Source of the DNA: Candidatus Poseidoniaceae archaeon | GTDB taxonomy: Archaea > Thermoplasmatota > Poseidoniia > Poseidoniales > Poseidoniaceae | NCBI GenBank assembly: GCA_949538025.1 | Contig: CATISI010000088.1 | Coordinates: forward strand, 1-38,929 | Direction: 5' to 3' | DNA length: 38,929 nt | Shown: positions 9,651-18,339 of the stretch, in pieces | How the letters are laid out: each line of letters starts with the position of its first letter | Numbering within the stretch: the stretch's first letter is position 1 | The notes under the pieces: model-generated | Told to the model about the DNA's origin: nothing | Databases searched by the model: none | What the model saw: only the letters and a program-made list of their open reading frames with translations | Program-made: the position numbers and the translations under genes

Positions 9651-10856
9651 ATGGAGGAACTGCGTGGAGTTGAATTGCTTCCTGAACCCGGGGAGCCAAA
9701 GATTCTCTCTGCCATTGACCCCTCGACCGCAGGTCATGAAGGTCAGTGGCGAGCAAAGGTAACCGGTTGGGCACCAGTAGTTCCTAATACAGTACCATTT
9801 AGGCCACGACGTGTCTTTTCCTTTGCATCAGGCATTTTTGTTGCACTGTTTATGGGTATGGTCGTGGTCTTATGGCAGTCTGATCTCCTGTTATTGCAAT
9901 TACCACCTCCAACTTCAGAATGGGCCTTCGAGGATTCCGAAATTCGAGAACTGCAAGAGACAGGTCTCACTGGTGAGGGTGTTCGTGTATGCATGGTTGA
10001 CACGGGAGTTTCACTTTCACACACTTCTCTTGATGATGCGGACATCGTGTTCAAGGATTTTGTCGGGAATTCTGAAACACCCACAGATTATGGTTCCATC
10101 GCTCATGGCACCCTCATGGCAGGAATCTTACTGTCAAACGATTTCCAACAAGGTATCGCACCCGATGTTACATTGGGTATGGCGGCAGCGTTGAGTGCTA
10201 ACGGTGAGAACAATACTGGTTCAGAGACACGTGTAGCCGATGCTATTCGCTGGTGCATTTTTGATTTCGAAGCTGACATTATCTCGCTCTCTCTTGGCGG
10301 TGCACAAGATCAATCAGCATCTCGTGAAGGTCCTGCCGTTTCTGCAACCAGACAAGCTATTGATGCAGGAATCTTCGTTGTCGCCGCGGCTGGAAACGAT
10401 GGAGGTTCCGGTGATGATGGATTTGTAAGCGCACCTGGCAACGTCAACCTCGTCATCACAGTGGGCGCTTCGGATCGAGAAGGGAACGTCTGGAGTCAAT
10501 CGTCCATGGGCGAATCTGTCGACAAGGATGGGAACGTTCGTGTATATCCAAATCAAAAGCCCGAATTGGTTGCACCGGGTGTTGACATTCTATCAACTGG
10601 CACGGATAACCAGTGGTACACGTCCAGTGGTACTTCAGACGCAACGGTGTTTGTTGCGGGAGCTTTGGCATTGATACTTGAGGCTCATCCCGAACTTAAA
10701 CCGAAAGGGCAACCGACAACAGGCTGCATTGAACTTGTGAAACGTGCATTAGCAGATTCGATGAATCCAGATTCGCAACATGATTCAAAACAAGGGTATG
10801 GTCAGCTGAAGGCAAGCGCGTGGCAGGATCAGTTTTCTGATGAAATCGTATGCTAA
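9651..10856 (+). CDS. Membrane-anchored subtilisin-like (S8) serine protease
   Basis: Catalytic motifs MVDTG (Asp), HGTLMAG (His), AAAGN (oxyanion Asn), SGTSDAT (Ser), plus KPELVAPG and GYG. One TM near aa 56-75. GGGAGGGG upstream of ATG. Confidence 0.93.
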   Translation: MEELRGVELLPEPGEPKILSAIDPSTAGHEGQWRAKVTGWAPVVPNTVPFRPRRVFSFASGIFVALFMGMVVVLWQSDLLLLQLPPPTSEWAFEDSEIRELQETGLTGEGVRVCMVDTGVSLSHTSLDDADIVFKDFVGNSETPTDYGSIAHGTLMAGILLSNDFQQGIAPDVTLGMAAALSANGENNTGSETRVADAIRWCIFDFEADIISLSLGGAQDQSASREGPAVSATRQAIDAGIFVVAAAGNDGGSGDDGFVSAPGNVNLVITVGASDREGNVWSQSSMGESVDKDGNVRVYPNQKPELVAPGVDILSTGTDNQWYTSSGTSDATVFVAGALALILEAHPELKPKGQPTTGCIELVKRALADSMNPDSQHDSKQGYGQLKASAWQDQFSDEIVC

Positions 10857-10860
10857 TCAA

Positions 10861-11008
10861 ATAGGAATTGGTTGATACTATTCGGTATATTTGATATTTT
10901 TAAAGATAAAATGATGATATTTTCACAGGATATTGATATTTTTTCAAGTGTCAAATGGGGCGCAGTATTATATTCGTTCAGTGCTTCCACAGTAATAGAG
11001 GACTGAAC
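10861..11008 (+). promoter_or_regulatory. AT-rich promoter region with three TGATATTTT direct repeats, TATA-like box and RBS
   Basis: TGATATTTT at 10892, 10915 and 10934 (partial TGATA at 10873); TTATAT at 10968-10973; GAGGA at 10998-11002 before the ATG at 11009. Visibly more AT-rich than flanking genes. Confidence 0.55.
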
Positions 11009-14000
11009 ATGCAATTTGCAAATGTTGGAAAAAGTATAGGACTAGTGGGACTACTTCTCACATCGTTGATGATCGGTTTGGTTACTGTGCCAACCGCAAG
11101 CGCAGTAAACGAGACGGCATCCGGAACAATCGTTACAACCGAGATATGGAGTGGCACACACACTCTTACAGGCGACGTTACCGTTGCAGAAGGTGCGAAA
11201 CTTGTCATACAAGCTGGGACAACGATTAACATCCCTGCTGGTGTTTTCATCGATGTTGAAGGCGCTATATGTGCAGGTTCAGCAGCATGTGGGGCAACAC
11301 AAGGAAGCGCTTCTTCTCAAGTTCGCTTTGAGTGGGCAACACCCACCGATTACAGCGTTTCTGGACGATGTTACCAACAGGGCAACCAACTCCTGACCAA
11401 CTCTGACGCTGCATGCGGTTCTGGGGTCATCATCCGCAACACAATCAATCAAGCATCAACGGGTATGTCGTACGTATCGTTTAACAACGCATACGGCTAC
11501 CCAATTTACGTTCAAACTTTGCAAACTGTTCAATACGGTACACTCGTCTTCGATGGTTCTTCTACCGTTGTCGACAATCTCGCCTTCTCGAACATCAATA
11601 CATCAAACATTATTGCGCTTGATTTCGCAGCACCGACGATTCGTGACTCAACGTTCACCCTTGGTGACGACGGACGCGGATACGATGCTGCAGCCGTCCG
11701 AGCCTACGAGGCAGGTGCGGGTATCCTCTCCGCCCTGACCATTACTGGTTCCACCTTTACAGGTAACACCCAAGCGCAGTGTGGTAACCAGGGCGGAGGA
11801 CGTGTCCTCATCTACGCTGAGTCATCCTATGTCTCGATGGACAATCTCGACATCAAAGATAACGCATATGGAGCATTCTTCAAGGGTTCATCTGGATCCT
11901 TGGGCAACAGTACAATCAACGTCCTGTGCAACGCCATTGACACCAACTCTTACAAGTCAACAGGCAACTTTGCTCACACCCTTTACATCGATAACAACGT
12001 CATTACTACCGGCGAAGGTGCGGGTATTACTGCCTACGATGGCGCCATTGTCACAGCAACAGATAACACCATTTCCGGCGCATCGAGTGGTTCCGGATTC
12101 GGTATCCGTGACTCCACGCTGAGCGCTCATCGCAACACAGTAGGTCCAATCACTGGTTTCAACGGATTCTGGGTCTACGGTCAATCTGAAGTTGAGATTG
12201 AGAACAACACCGTTCAAGACACTGCAAAGGAACCAATCCAAATCGGAGAATACCACTACCGAGATCCTGGTAGTAACTACCCTGGTCCATCACCAAACCG
12301 TGCGTACATCGCAAACAACATCATCTCCAACAACTCTGGAACATGCACCTCCGAGTGGATGTATGATGGTGATTTCAATTGTCCTGCCATCCACGTTTTT
12401 ACTTCCTCTGCAACCATCGTTGACAACACCGTTTCCAACAACGCTGGTGATGGTCTTCGAATCAAGGGTTCGATTGTCAATGTTCAACGCAACACCATCG
12501 AAGCAGGACAATTTGCTGCCAACATCACACACTTCGACAACCAATACGGGCAGAAATATGGTTCCATCGGTTACTTTTCTGGGAACACATGGACCAACGC
12601 AACTCAGATCTACAACATCTCCGAATCTCGTGTAACGGTTCAATCAGAGTATATCCCTGATGCTGCCGGAGGTTACTCATTCCCGGTCATGCTCCAGTGG
12701 CTTGGTGCCGAGTGCCCATATGTCCAGTCAGAATGTCTCTTACTCCCAGACACTGCTGCTGTGCCACCTCGTGACATGCCTCTCGCCATTGAGTTGGTGA
12801 ACAATTCCACGGTCTTCTCGTTCGCAGATTTGCAAAACTTTGATGCAACAAAGGTCCACGTCCAAAACCAAAACTCAGCTTGGGGTTCACAAGTTCGCCA
12901 AGGCGAACTGGTTCGCTACCAAGTGAAAGCAAAAAACAGCAACGTCGCAGGAGCAACGGTCATCATCAAGGATGCAACAGGATTGCCTCTCTACGAGCTC
13001 ACAACAGACAATTTCGGCTTTACGCAGCAAGTATCGCTTCCATCGAACTTCCTTCTCGACCGAAACTGGAATCATTTCGTTGGGGAAAACAACGTCATTG
13101 TACCTGGTTCAGACGATGGGACAGGATCTCCAATCACGCTTGATGAAGACACATGTTCTGACGGATACGATAACGATGGAGATACTTTCGTCGATGAAGA
13201 TGACCCTGATTGTGCCAACGGTCGTGAACTCCCGTTCTACATCGTCGAAGCTTACAAATTTGGTAAGGGTAAGAAGGATTTTGATTTCGTCCTCAGTGGT
13301 TCAATTGATGATATCATCAGCCTTGACAACGAACGCCCGAGTGTCACTGTTGAACAATACGACGGTGACTCCTTTGCCATCAACGCTGTCATCACAGGAA
13401 CGGCTTGGGATGGTCGCTCTGGCCCATATCCACTCGATGTCATTGCCTATGACCGGCAATTCGGATTGATTGAGCGCGTTGAAATCCAACCTCCAGGCAG
13501 CACCGATTGGTACTATGCCGTTGACACCTCGGGTGCAAACGGCGAATTGACCAAAGAAAACCACCCGTTTAAGACGTGGTCGTTTGATTGGGATTTGTCC
13601 GCTCACCCGGATGGTGAGAGTGACGTCACCTTCAGAATTCGTTCTTATGACGGTTTGGACTACTCCCCGATCGAAGTCCGTAAGTTCAAGTTGAATCTTG
13701 TTCCACCGACACTCTATCTTAACGAGCCATTGGATGGTTCGACGCATTCCAACGGAAAGATTCTCTTTACCGGAACGGCATCTGATCCGTACTCAGGAAC
13801 ATGGGGGTCTGACATTCAAGACATCTGGTTCGACGTCTCTGGTCCGAACGGTTACGCCTCACACTTCGCCATCGATGGTTCGGTTGCTTGGGCATATGAA
13901 TGGAACTTTGCGGAACTCGAGACCGGCGAATACACGTTTGATGTGTGGGCGAGTGACAGTGACTTCTGTGACGATGTGCAAGGAACGTGCGTGATTTCGA

Positions 14001-15346
14001 CACGGACTGTCATGGTTCTTAACGACAACATCATACCAATTGTTGATCTTCTAGAACCCGATGGCACGCAACCAGTGCAGGCGGAAGAGACGACCACACT
14101 TCTCGGGTTTGCAAGCGATGGAGCCGACGGTACCATCACACGTGTTGAAATTGAAATTCTTGACCTCGCGAGCGGATTGATTCTTTCGGATGGACCAGGT
14201 CCAGTGACGACCTTCCAAAAGAGCGGACCGGGATATTCGTGGTCTGCAGTTTGGGACACAAGCAAGTTGACTCACGAACGCCAATATGAGATTCGAGTTA
14301 AAGCCTACGATGGTGAAGATTACTCGGTTGAAGACGTTGTTCGAATTACGATTTCGAAGCCGAGTGATGCCAACAATATTCCACCACAGTTCAATTCAAC
14401 TGCGTGGCCAAATCAGGTCACGATTTTCTGTGTCGTTGGCTCAACTTCTGAGAATCAGTGTGGTGGAGGGGCAGTCCTTGATTTGAAGGAATACTTCATT
14501 GATCCGGATTCATCATTTGACCAACTCAGCATCGACTTCTTGGATGATCAGACCGATCCGAGCGATGACTCTCATCCATACTTCATCACCATTGATAGCG
14601 AAGGGTTCGCTCGATACGATCCTGCTATTTCTCAATCAAACGAAGATATCACGACGTGGACCATAGAAAATGTTCGATTCATCGTCCGGGATACTTCGGA
14701 TGAGTCTGCGTTGTCCCGTGATGTCACCTTCTTTGTTCAGGCGATTCAATTCGGTGTCGAGCGAGACAATCCGAGTGGTACAGTCACTGCTACGAGCACT
14801 GCGAATTTCAGTGGAACAGGCTTGCCTGGTGCCCGAATTGAAGCACGTTCTGCAGCTTCTGAAACCCTCATCAAGACGGTAGTTGTTGGTGATACCGGTA
14901 CTTGGACAATGGCACTCACGCTTCAAGATATGAACGATGCATCGAACGACCTCAAGTTCTTGATGGATGGTCAGACCTTCGGTGGTAGTTCAGAACCCGA
15001 GACGTTTAGCGTCGTCGTTGGTGAAGCGGATGAGGGTTCGAACCTTTTCCTCATCGTTGGTATTGTTATCGCTGCCTTGGTTCTCCTTGGTGGCGTTGGG
15101 TACTTCTTCATCGAATTCGAGGATATTGAAGAAGAAGAATTTGCCACATCCGAAGAAGCACCAGAGAAGGTCGACCCATATGCTTGGGGACGAAAAGAGT
15201 CCGTCCAGACTCCTGACCAACAACCTGCTGCCGTACCGGTACAACCGGCTCAGGCGCAGGTCTCTGCTCAACATCCGGGATGGCTTTGGGACCAAGAGAC
15301 CAACCAATGGGTCCCCGATCCAAACTATCAACCTCCTTCCCAGTGA
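11009..15346 (+). CDS. Membrane-anchored surface protein: right-handed parallel beta-helix plus Ig-like domains, TM and Pro/Gln-rich cytoplasmic tail
   Basis: Start moved from 10955 to ATG 11009 (RBS present; signal peptide MQFANVGKSIGLVGLLLTSLMIGLVTVPTASA). Beta-helix-type repeats (IDNNVI, ATDNTI, IENNTV, IANNII, IVDNTVSNNAGDG). Ig-like repeats (ITGTAWD, FTGTASD, IRSYDG, IRVKAYDG). TM LFLIVGIVIAALVLLGGVGYFFI. Confidence 0.85.
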   Translation: MQFANVGKSIGLVGLLLTSLMIGLVTVPTASAVNETASGTIVTTEIWSGTHTLTGDVTVAEGAKLVIQAGTTINIPAGVFIDVEGAICAGSAACGATQGSASSQVRFEWATPTDYSVSGRCYQQGNQLLTNSDAACGSGVIIRNTINQASTGMSYVSFNNAYGYPIYVQTLQTVQYGTLVFDGSSTVVDNLAFSNINTSNIIALDFAAPTIRDSTFTLGDDGRGYDAAAVRAYEAGAGILSALTITGSTFTGNTQAQCGNQGGGRVLIYAESSYVSMDNLDIKDNAYGAFFKGSSGSLGNSTINVLCNAIDTNSYKSTGNFAHTLYIDNNVITTGEGAGITAYDGAIVTATDNTISGASSGSGFGIRDSTLSAHRNTVGPITGFNGFWVYGQSEVEIENNTVQDTAKEPIQIGEYHYRDPGSNYPGPSPNRAYIANNIISNNSGTCTSEWMYDGDFNCPAIHVFTSSATIVDNTVSNNAGDGLRIKGSIVNVQRNTIEAGQFAANITHFDNQYGQKYGSIGYFSGNTWTNATQIYNISESRVTVQSEYIPDAAGGYSFPVMLQWLGAECPYVQSECLLLPDTAAVPPRDMPLAIELVNNSTVFSFADLQNFDATKVHVQNQNSAWGSQVRQGELVRYQVKAKNSNVAGATVIIKDATGLPLYELTTDNFGFTQQVSLPSNFLLDRNWNHFVGENNVIVPGSDDGTGSPITLDEDTCSDGYDNDGDTFVDEDDPDCANGRELPFYIVEAYKFGKGKKDFDFVLSGSIDDIISLDNERPSVTVEQYDGDSFAINAVITGTAWDGRSGPYPLDVIAYDRQFGLIERVEIQPPGSTDWYYAVDTSGANGELTKENHPFKTWSFDWDLSAHPDGESDVTFRIRSYDGLDYSPIEVRKFKLNLVPPTLYLNEPLDGSTHSNGKILFTGTASDPYSGTWGSDIQDIWFDVSGPNGYASHFAIDGSVAWAYEWNFAELETGEYTFDVWASDSDFCDDVQGTCVISTRTVMVLNDNIIPIVDLLEPDGTQPVQAEETTTLLGFASDGADGTITRVEIEILDLASGLILSDGPGPVTTFQKSGPGYSWSAVWDTSKLTHERQYEIRVKAYDGEDYSVEDVVRITISKPSDANNIPPQFNSTAWPNQVTIFCVVGSTSENQCGGGAVLDLKEYFIDPDSSFDQLSIDFLDDQTDPSDDSHPYFITIDSEGFARYDPAISQSNEDITTWTIENVRFIVRDTSDESALSRDVTFFVQAIQFGVERDNPSGTVTATSTANFSGTGLPGARIEARSAASETLIKTVVVGDTGTWTMALTLQDMNDASNDLKFLMDGQTFGGSSEPETFSVVVGEADEGSNLFLIVGIVIAALVLLGGVGYFFIEFEDIEEEEFATSEEAPEKVDPYAWGRKESVQTPDQQPAAVPVQPAQAQVSAQHPGWLWDQETNQWVPDPNYQPPSQ

Positions 15347-15358
15347 GCAGGTGACCCA

Positions 15359-17872
15359 ATGATTGCTAAACCTGGCGTGCAGGAGAAGGTGCTGTTGCAT
15401 CTTCTCGACTATGCTGATTTCAAAGAGAAGGTGGAAGTTCCTTTTGCACTCTCCCAAATGGGAATTGCCAATGCCGTGGCAATCGCGCGTTCCAACGTTC
15501 CACGGGCCATTTCGGGTCTAAGAGATCAAGGTCTTCTGGTTGAACGGCAAGCCCATGTGCAAGGTGTTAGCCGAAAACGCAAGGCCTACTTTTTAACAGA
15601 CGCTGGAATCATAGCCGCTGAAGAAACGTGGGGGCGTCTTCGTGATTTTCAATTTCGTTGCATCAACGTCGATGGTGAAACAATCTCAACATCACTCGGT
15701 GCTGCTCATGAGGTCTTGCCCTTCACAATGCGACCGGTTGATATCATACGTTATCTTGATGACAACCTTATCCTTGATGCTCGTTCTCTTTCAGAAGATC
15801 TCATCGAGCGTGATTTGTCAAAGCAAGTCGAGAAACAACTGGTCACTTCTCTCGGAGATCTACCAAGATTACGACACTTCTATGGTCGCGAAAAAGAACT
15901 CGATAATATGGTGAATCTGTTGGACGCACGTGCAACCACATTGATGATTCCTGGTATTGCAGGGATTGGTAAAACAACAATCGCTGCGAAGTTGATTGAA
16001 CGCTTCATGCATCGTAGAAATTTGCTCTATCATCGCTGCCAGGATTGGGAAGGTTCTCGTGCCTTGTTTGAATCCATAGCTGAATGGTTGCTCAACATTG
16101 GCGATTCATCGTTTGCTGATTATCTGGCAGCAACACCTGTGCCTAAACCAGACGATGCTGCACGAATTCTCATTGATTCGCTTGAGAACACACCGACGCT
16201 CATCGTCATTGATGACTTCCACAAGGTTTCGGATGCTATCCTCTTTCAAACCATTCAGTCAATGACGCTTGGGTTGCTTGGAAGTGAAGAATCGATTGGC
16301 CTCGTCATCTTTTCTCGCTCGTTCAAACCCGTTGTTCCAACCAAAGATGCTGAAGGTCGAATCACGAGTCTCGTCTTACCACTTGACGGACTTGACTCCG
16401 ATTCAGCAAGAAATCTTCTCACAGGGTTCGAAGACCTGTCTACTGAACAGTGGTTGCACATTCATGGATTGTCAAGAGGCCACCCACTCGTTCTCGAATT
16501 GATCAACCGCGGTGCATCTGCAGGCGCCTTCCACGATACCCTCGAACATTATGTCACGAAGGAAATCTTTTCCAAACTCTCTGCTGAACAGAAACGTGTT
16601 TTGACTGTTTTATCCATCTTTAGAGAATCCGTTTCACTCGATGCTTTACTCGCACACGAGTTGGACATAGACGTCCTGGGAAGTCTTGTCGAGCAAGGAC
16701 TCGCACGTCAGGTTGATGCCGACGTATACGATGTCCACGACTTGATTCGAGAGTTCCTTGTTCGGAGTATCGATGAACAAACCAAGCAATCTGTTCACAG
16801 TACCTGCGCAACTTACTACAGCAAATTGAGCAAATCATCAGAAACAACCTTGGAGCAGATCTATCACGAACTCGCTTCAGAGCGACAACAGGAAGCGATC
16901 GAAAAGATTGTTGAATTTGGTCGTCAACTTGTTTCACAAGGTCATCTTGAGTTGCTCAGTCTGATAGAAAGTGTAACAATCGACCGTCTTGATGCATCCT
17001 TGATGGCTCCAATGATGCAACTTCAGGGCGATATTCTCCTGATGCTTGGACGATTTGAGCAAGCATCATCCATCTTCGAGACTGCAAGCAAGGCTGCCAA
17101 AGAGTCCAATCTCCCGGTCGTCTATTCCGAGATTCTTGGATCGCAAGCAGACATAGCCATGAAGCAAGGGCAAACCGACAAGGCTCTTTCATCGCACAAA
17201 GAAGCCCTCGAGGTCCAGGTGGAACTTGGTGATGCGAAAGGAGCTGCACGCACCTACAACAACATGGGTTATCTGTACCGTAGAAAGAACGACCGTGCTA
17301 AAGCCCTGGAAGCATATTCCGAAGTTGAAGCGATTATCAGCAGTGATGATTCTTTGCTCAGTGCACAGATTATTCTTGGGCGTGCACTACTGGATCTCGG
17401 AGAAGTTGAACGTGCAAGAAGACATGCGTTTGAGGTGTTTGAACGGACCGACAAAGCTGATGATTTGCTTGCACATGCACGAGCACAAGCCTTGCTTGGA
17501 CGATATCACGCCAAGATGAACGATGCAGAAACATCGATGCATCATTACACGGAATCGTTGAACATCATGTCCGATGTCGGTGATCCAATTTCGATGGTTG
17601 AATTGATGATTCTCCTCGGTGAAGTCCTTGAAGACAGTGGTCGAAGTGAAGAAGCACTCGAACGTTATCGAGAAGCCCTCATCATTGCAGAGGCCAACGA
17701 TCTTCGAATGCAAATTGGCGAACTGCTTTCAAAACTTGGAGGCGTTGCACCAGACCGACAACGTCGAATGGAATACCTTCAGAGAGCACTGGCCGTATTC
17801 CGTGAATTGGGTGCAAGGACACGCATGCGTGAAGTTCAATCACAAGTTCACTCTGCGATTATGGGCCGTTAA
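15359..17872 (+). CDS. wHTH + STAND (NB-ARC/MalT-like) P-loop NTPase + TPR repeat protein
   Basis: N-terminal wHTH (SQMGIANAVAIARSNVPRAISGLRDQGLL...YFLTDAG); FYGREKEL; Walker A GIAGIGKTT; Walker B LIVIDDFH; GxP motif RGHPLVL; MHD-like VHDLIRE; C-terminal TPRs (ARTYNNMGYLY, EALERYREAL). AGGTGA RBS. Confidence 0.9.
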   Translation: MIAKPGVQEKVLLHLLDYADFKEKVEVPFALSQMGIANAVAIARSNVPRAISGLRDQGLLVERQAHVQGVSRKRKAYFLTDAGIIAAEETWGRLRDFQFRCINVDGETISTSLGAAHEVLPFTMRPVDIIRYLDDNLILDARSLSEDLIERDLSKQVEKQLVTSLGDLPRLRHFYGREKELDNMVNLLDARATTLMIPGIAGIGKTTIAAKLIERFMHRRNLLYHRCQDWEGSRALFESIAEWLLNIGDSSFADYLAATPVPKPDDAARILIDSLENTPTLIVIDDFHKVSDAILFQTIQSMTLGLLGSEESIGLVIFSRSFKPVVPTKDAEGRITSLVLPLDGLDSDSARNLLTGFEDLSTEQWLHIHGLSRGHPLVLELINRGASAGAFHDTLEHYVTKEIFSKLSAEQKRVLTVLSIFRESVSLDALLAHELDIDVLGSLVEQGLARQVDADVYDVHDLIREFLVRSIDEQTKQSVHSTCATYYSKLSKSSETTLEQIYHELASERQQEAIEKIVEFGRQLVSQGHLELLSLIESVTIDRLDASLMAPMMQLQGDILLMLGRFEQASSIFETASKAAKESNLPVVYSEILGSQADIAMKQGQTDKALSSHKEALEVQVELGDAKGAARTYNNMGYLYRRKNDRAKALEAYSEVEAIISSDDSLLSAQIILGRALLDLGEVERARRHAFEVFERTDKADDLLAHARAQALLGRYHAKMNDAETSMHHYTESLNIMSDVGDPISMVELMILLGEVLEDSGRSEEALERYREALIIAEANDLRMQIGELLSKLGGVAPDRQRRMEYLQRALAVFRELGARTRMREVQSQVHSAIMGR

Positions 17873-18339
17873 AACATGGGTCGGTCGAGTTCAATGGAAA
17901 TCACTCCATTGTAATAGACGACCCAAATGGATTCAACCCCTGCGAGATTGACCAGGCCACTGTGTGGTGCAGATGCAGTGCCAGACAACGAGCGTTCAGT
18001 TCCCAATTCACCTTGCTCATCGTAGAGAATCAATGATGTATCTGTTAATTCCAATGTGAATTGCGATTCGTCGGCTTCCGTAGCTCGCCAGTAAACGCGT
18101 TCTGCGTAGGATGAATTGTCAATTCGACTGGCAACATCCGTACGCTCAATGGCAGCCGATAAATCGTTCATATTGGCATCAATGGCTTCCTCATTCCAGC
18201 GCTCTCGTGTCGCAGTTTCAATGTCATAAATCCACAAACTGAACATCGTAAGGAGCAACACGCCGAGCAGAAATGTGAACACATATCCGAGTTCAGTTGC
18301 GGCTGCCTCTCGATTTTGTTGCAAGGTTGATGTCTTCAA
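17869..18339 (-). CDS. Small archaeal type IV pilin-like protein (156 aa)
   Basis: Start reassigned from 18504 to TTG at 18339, which follows GGAGGTGA and overlaps the upstream stop (TTGA). N-terminus ...QQNREA/AATELGYVFTFLLGVLLLTMF is a class III-like signal followed by a hydrophobic helix. Confidence 0.75.
   Translation of the reverse strand: MKTSTLQQNREAAATELGYVFTFLLGVLLLTMFSLWIYDIETATRERWNEEAIDANMNDLSAAIERTDVASRIDNSSYAERVYWRATEADESQFTLELTDTSLILYDEQGELGTERSLSGTASAPHSGLVNLAGVESIWVVYYNGVISIELDRPMF

Noticed and set aside
10857..11008. Possible replication origin in the AT-rich spacer
   Set aside because: No ORB-like G-string boxes and no adjacent cdc6/orc1; short enough to be a promoter/terminator.
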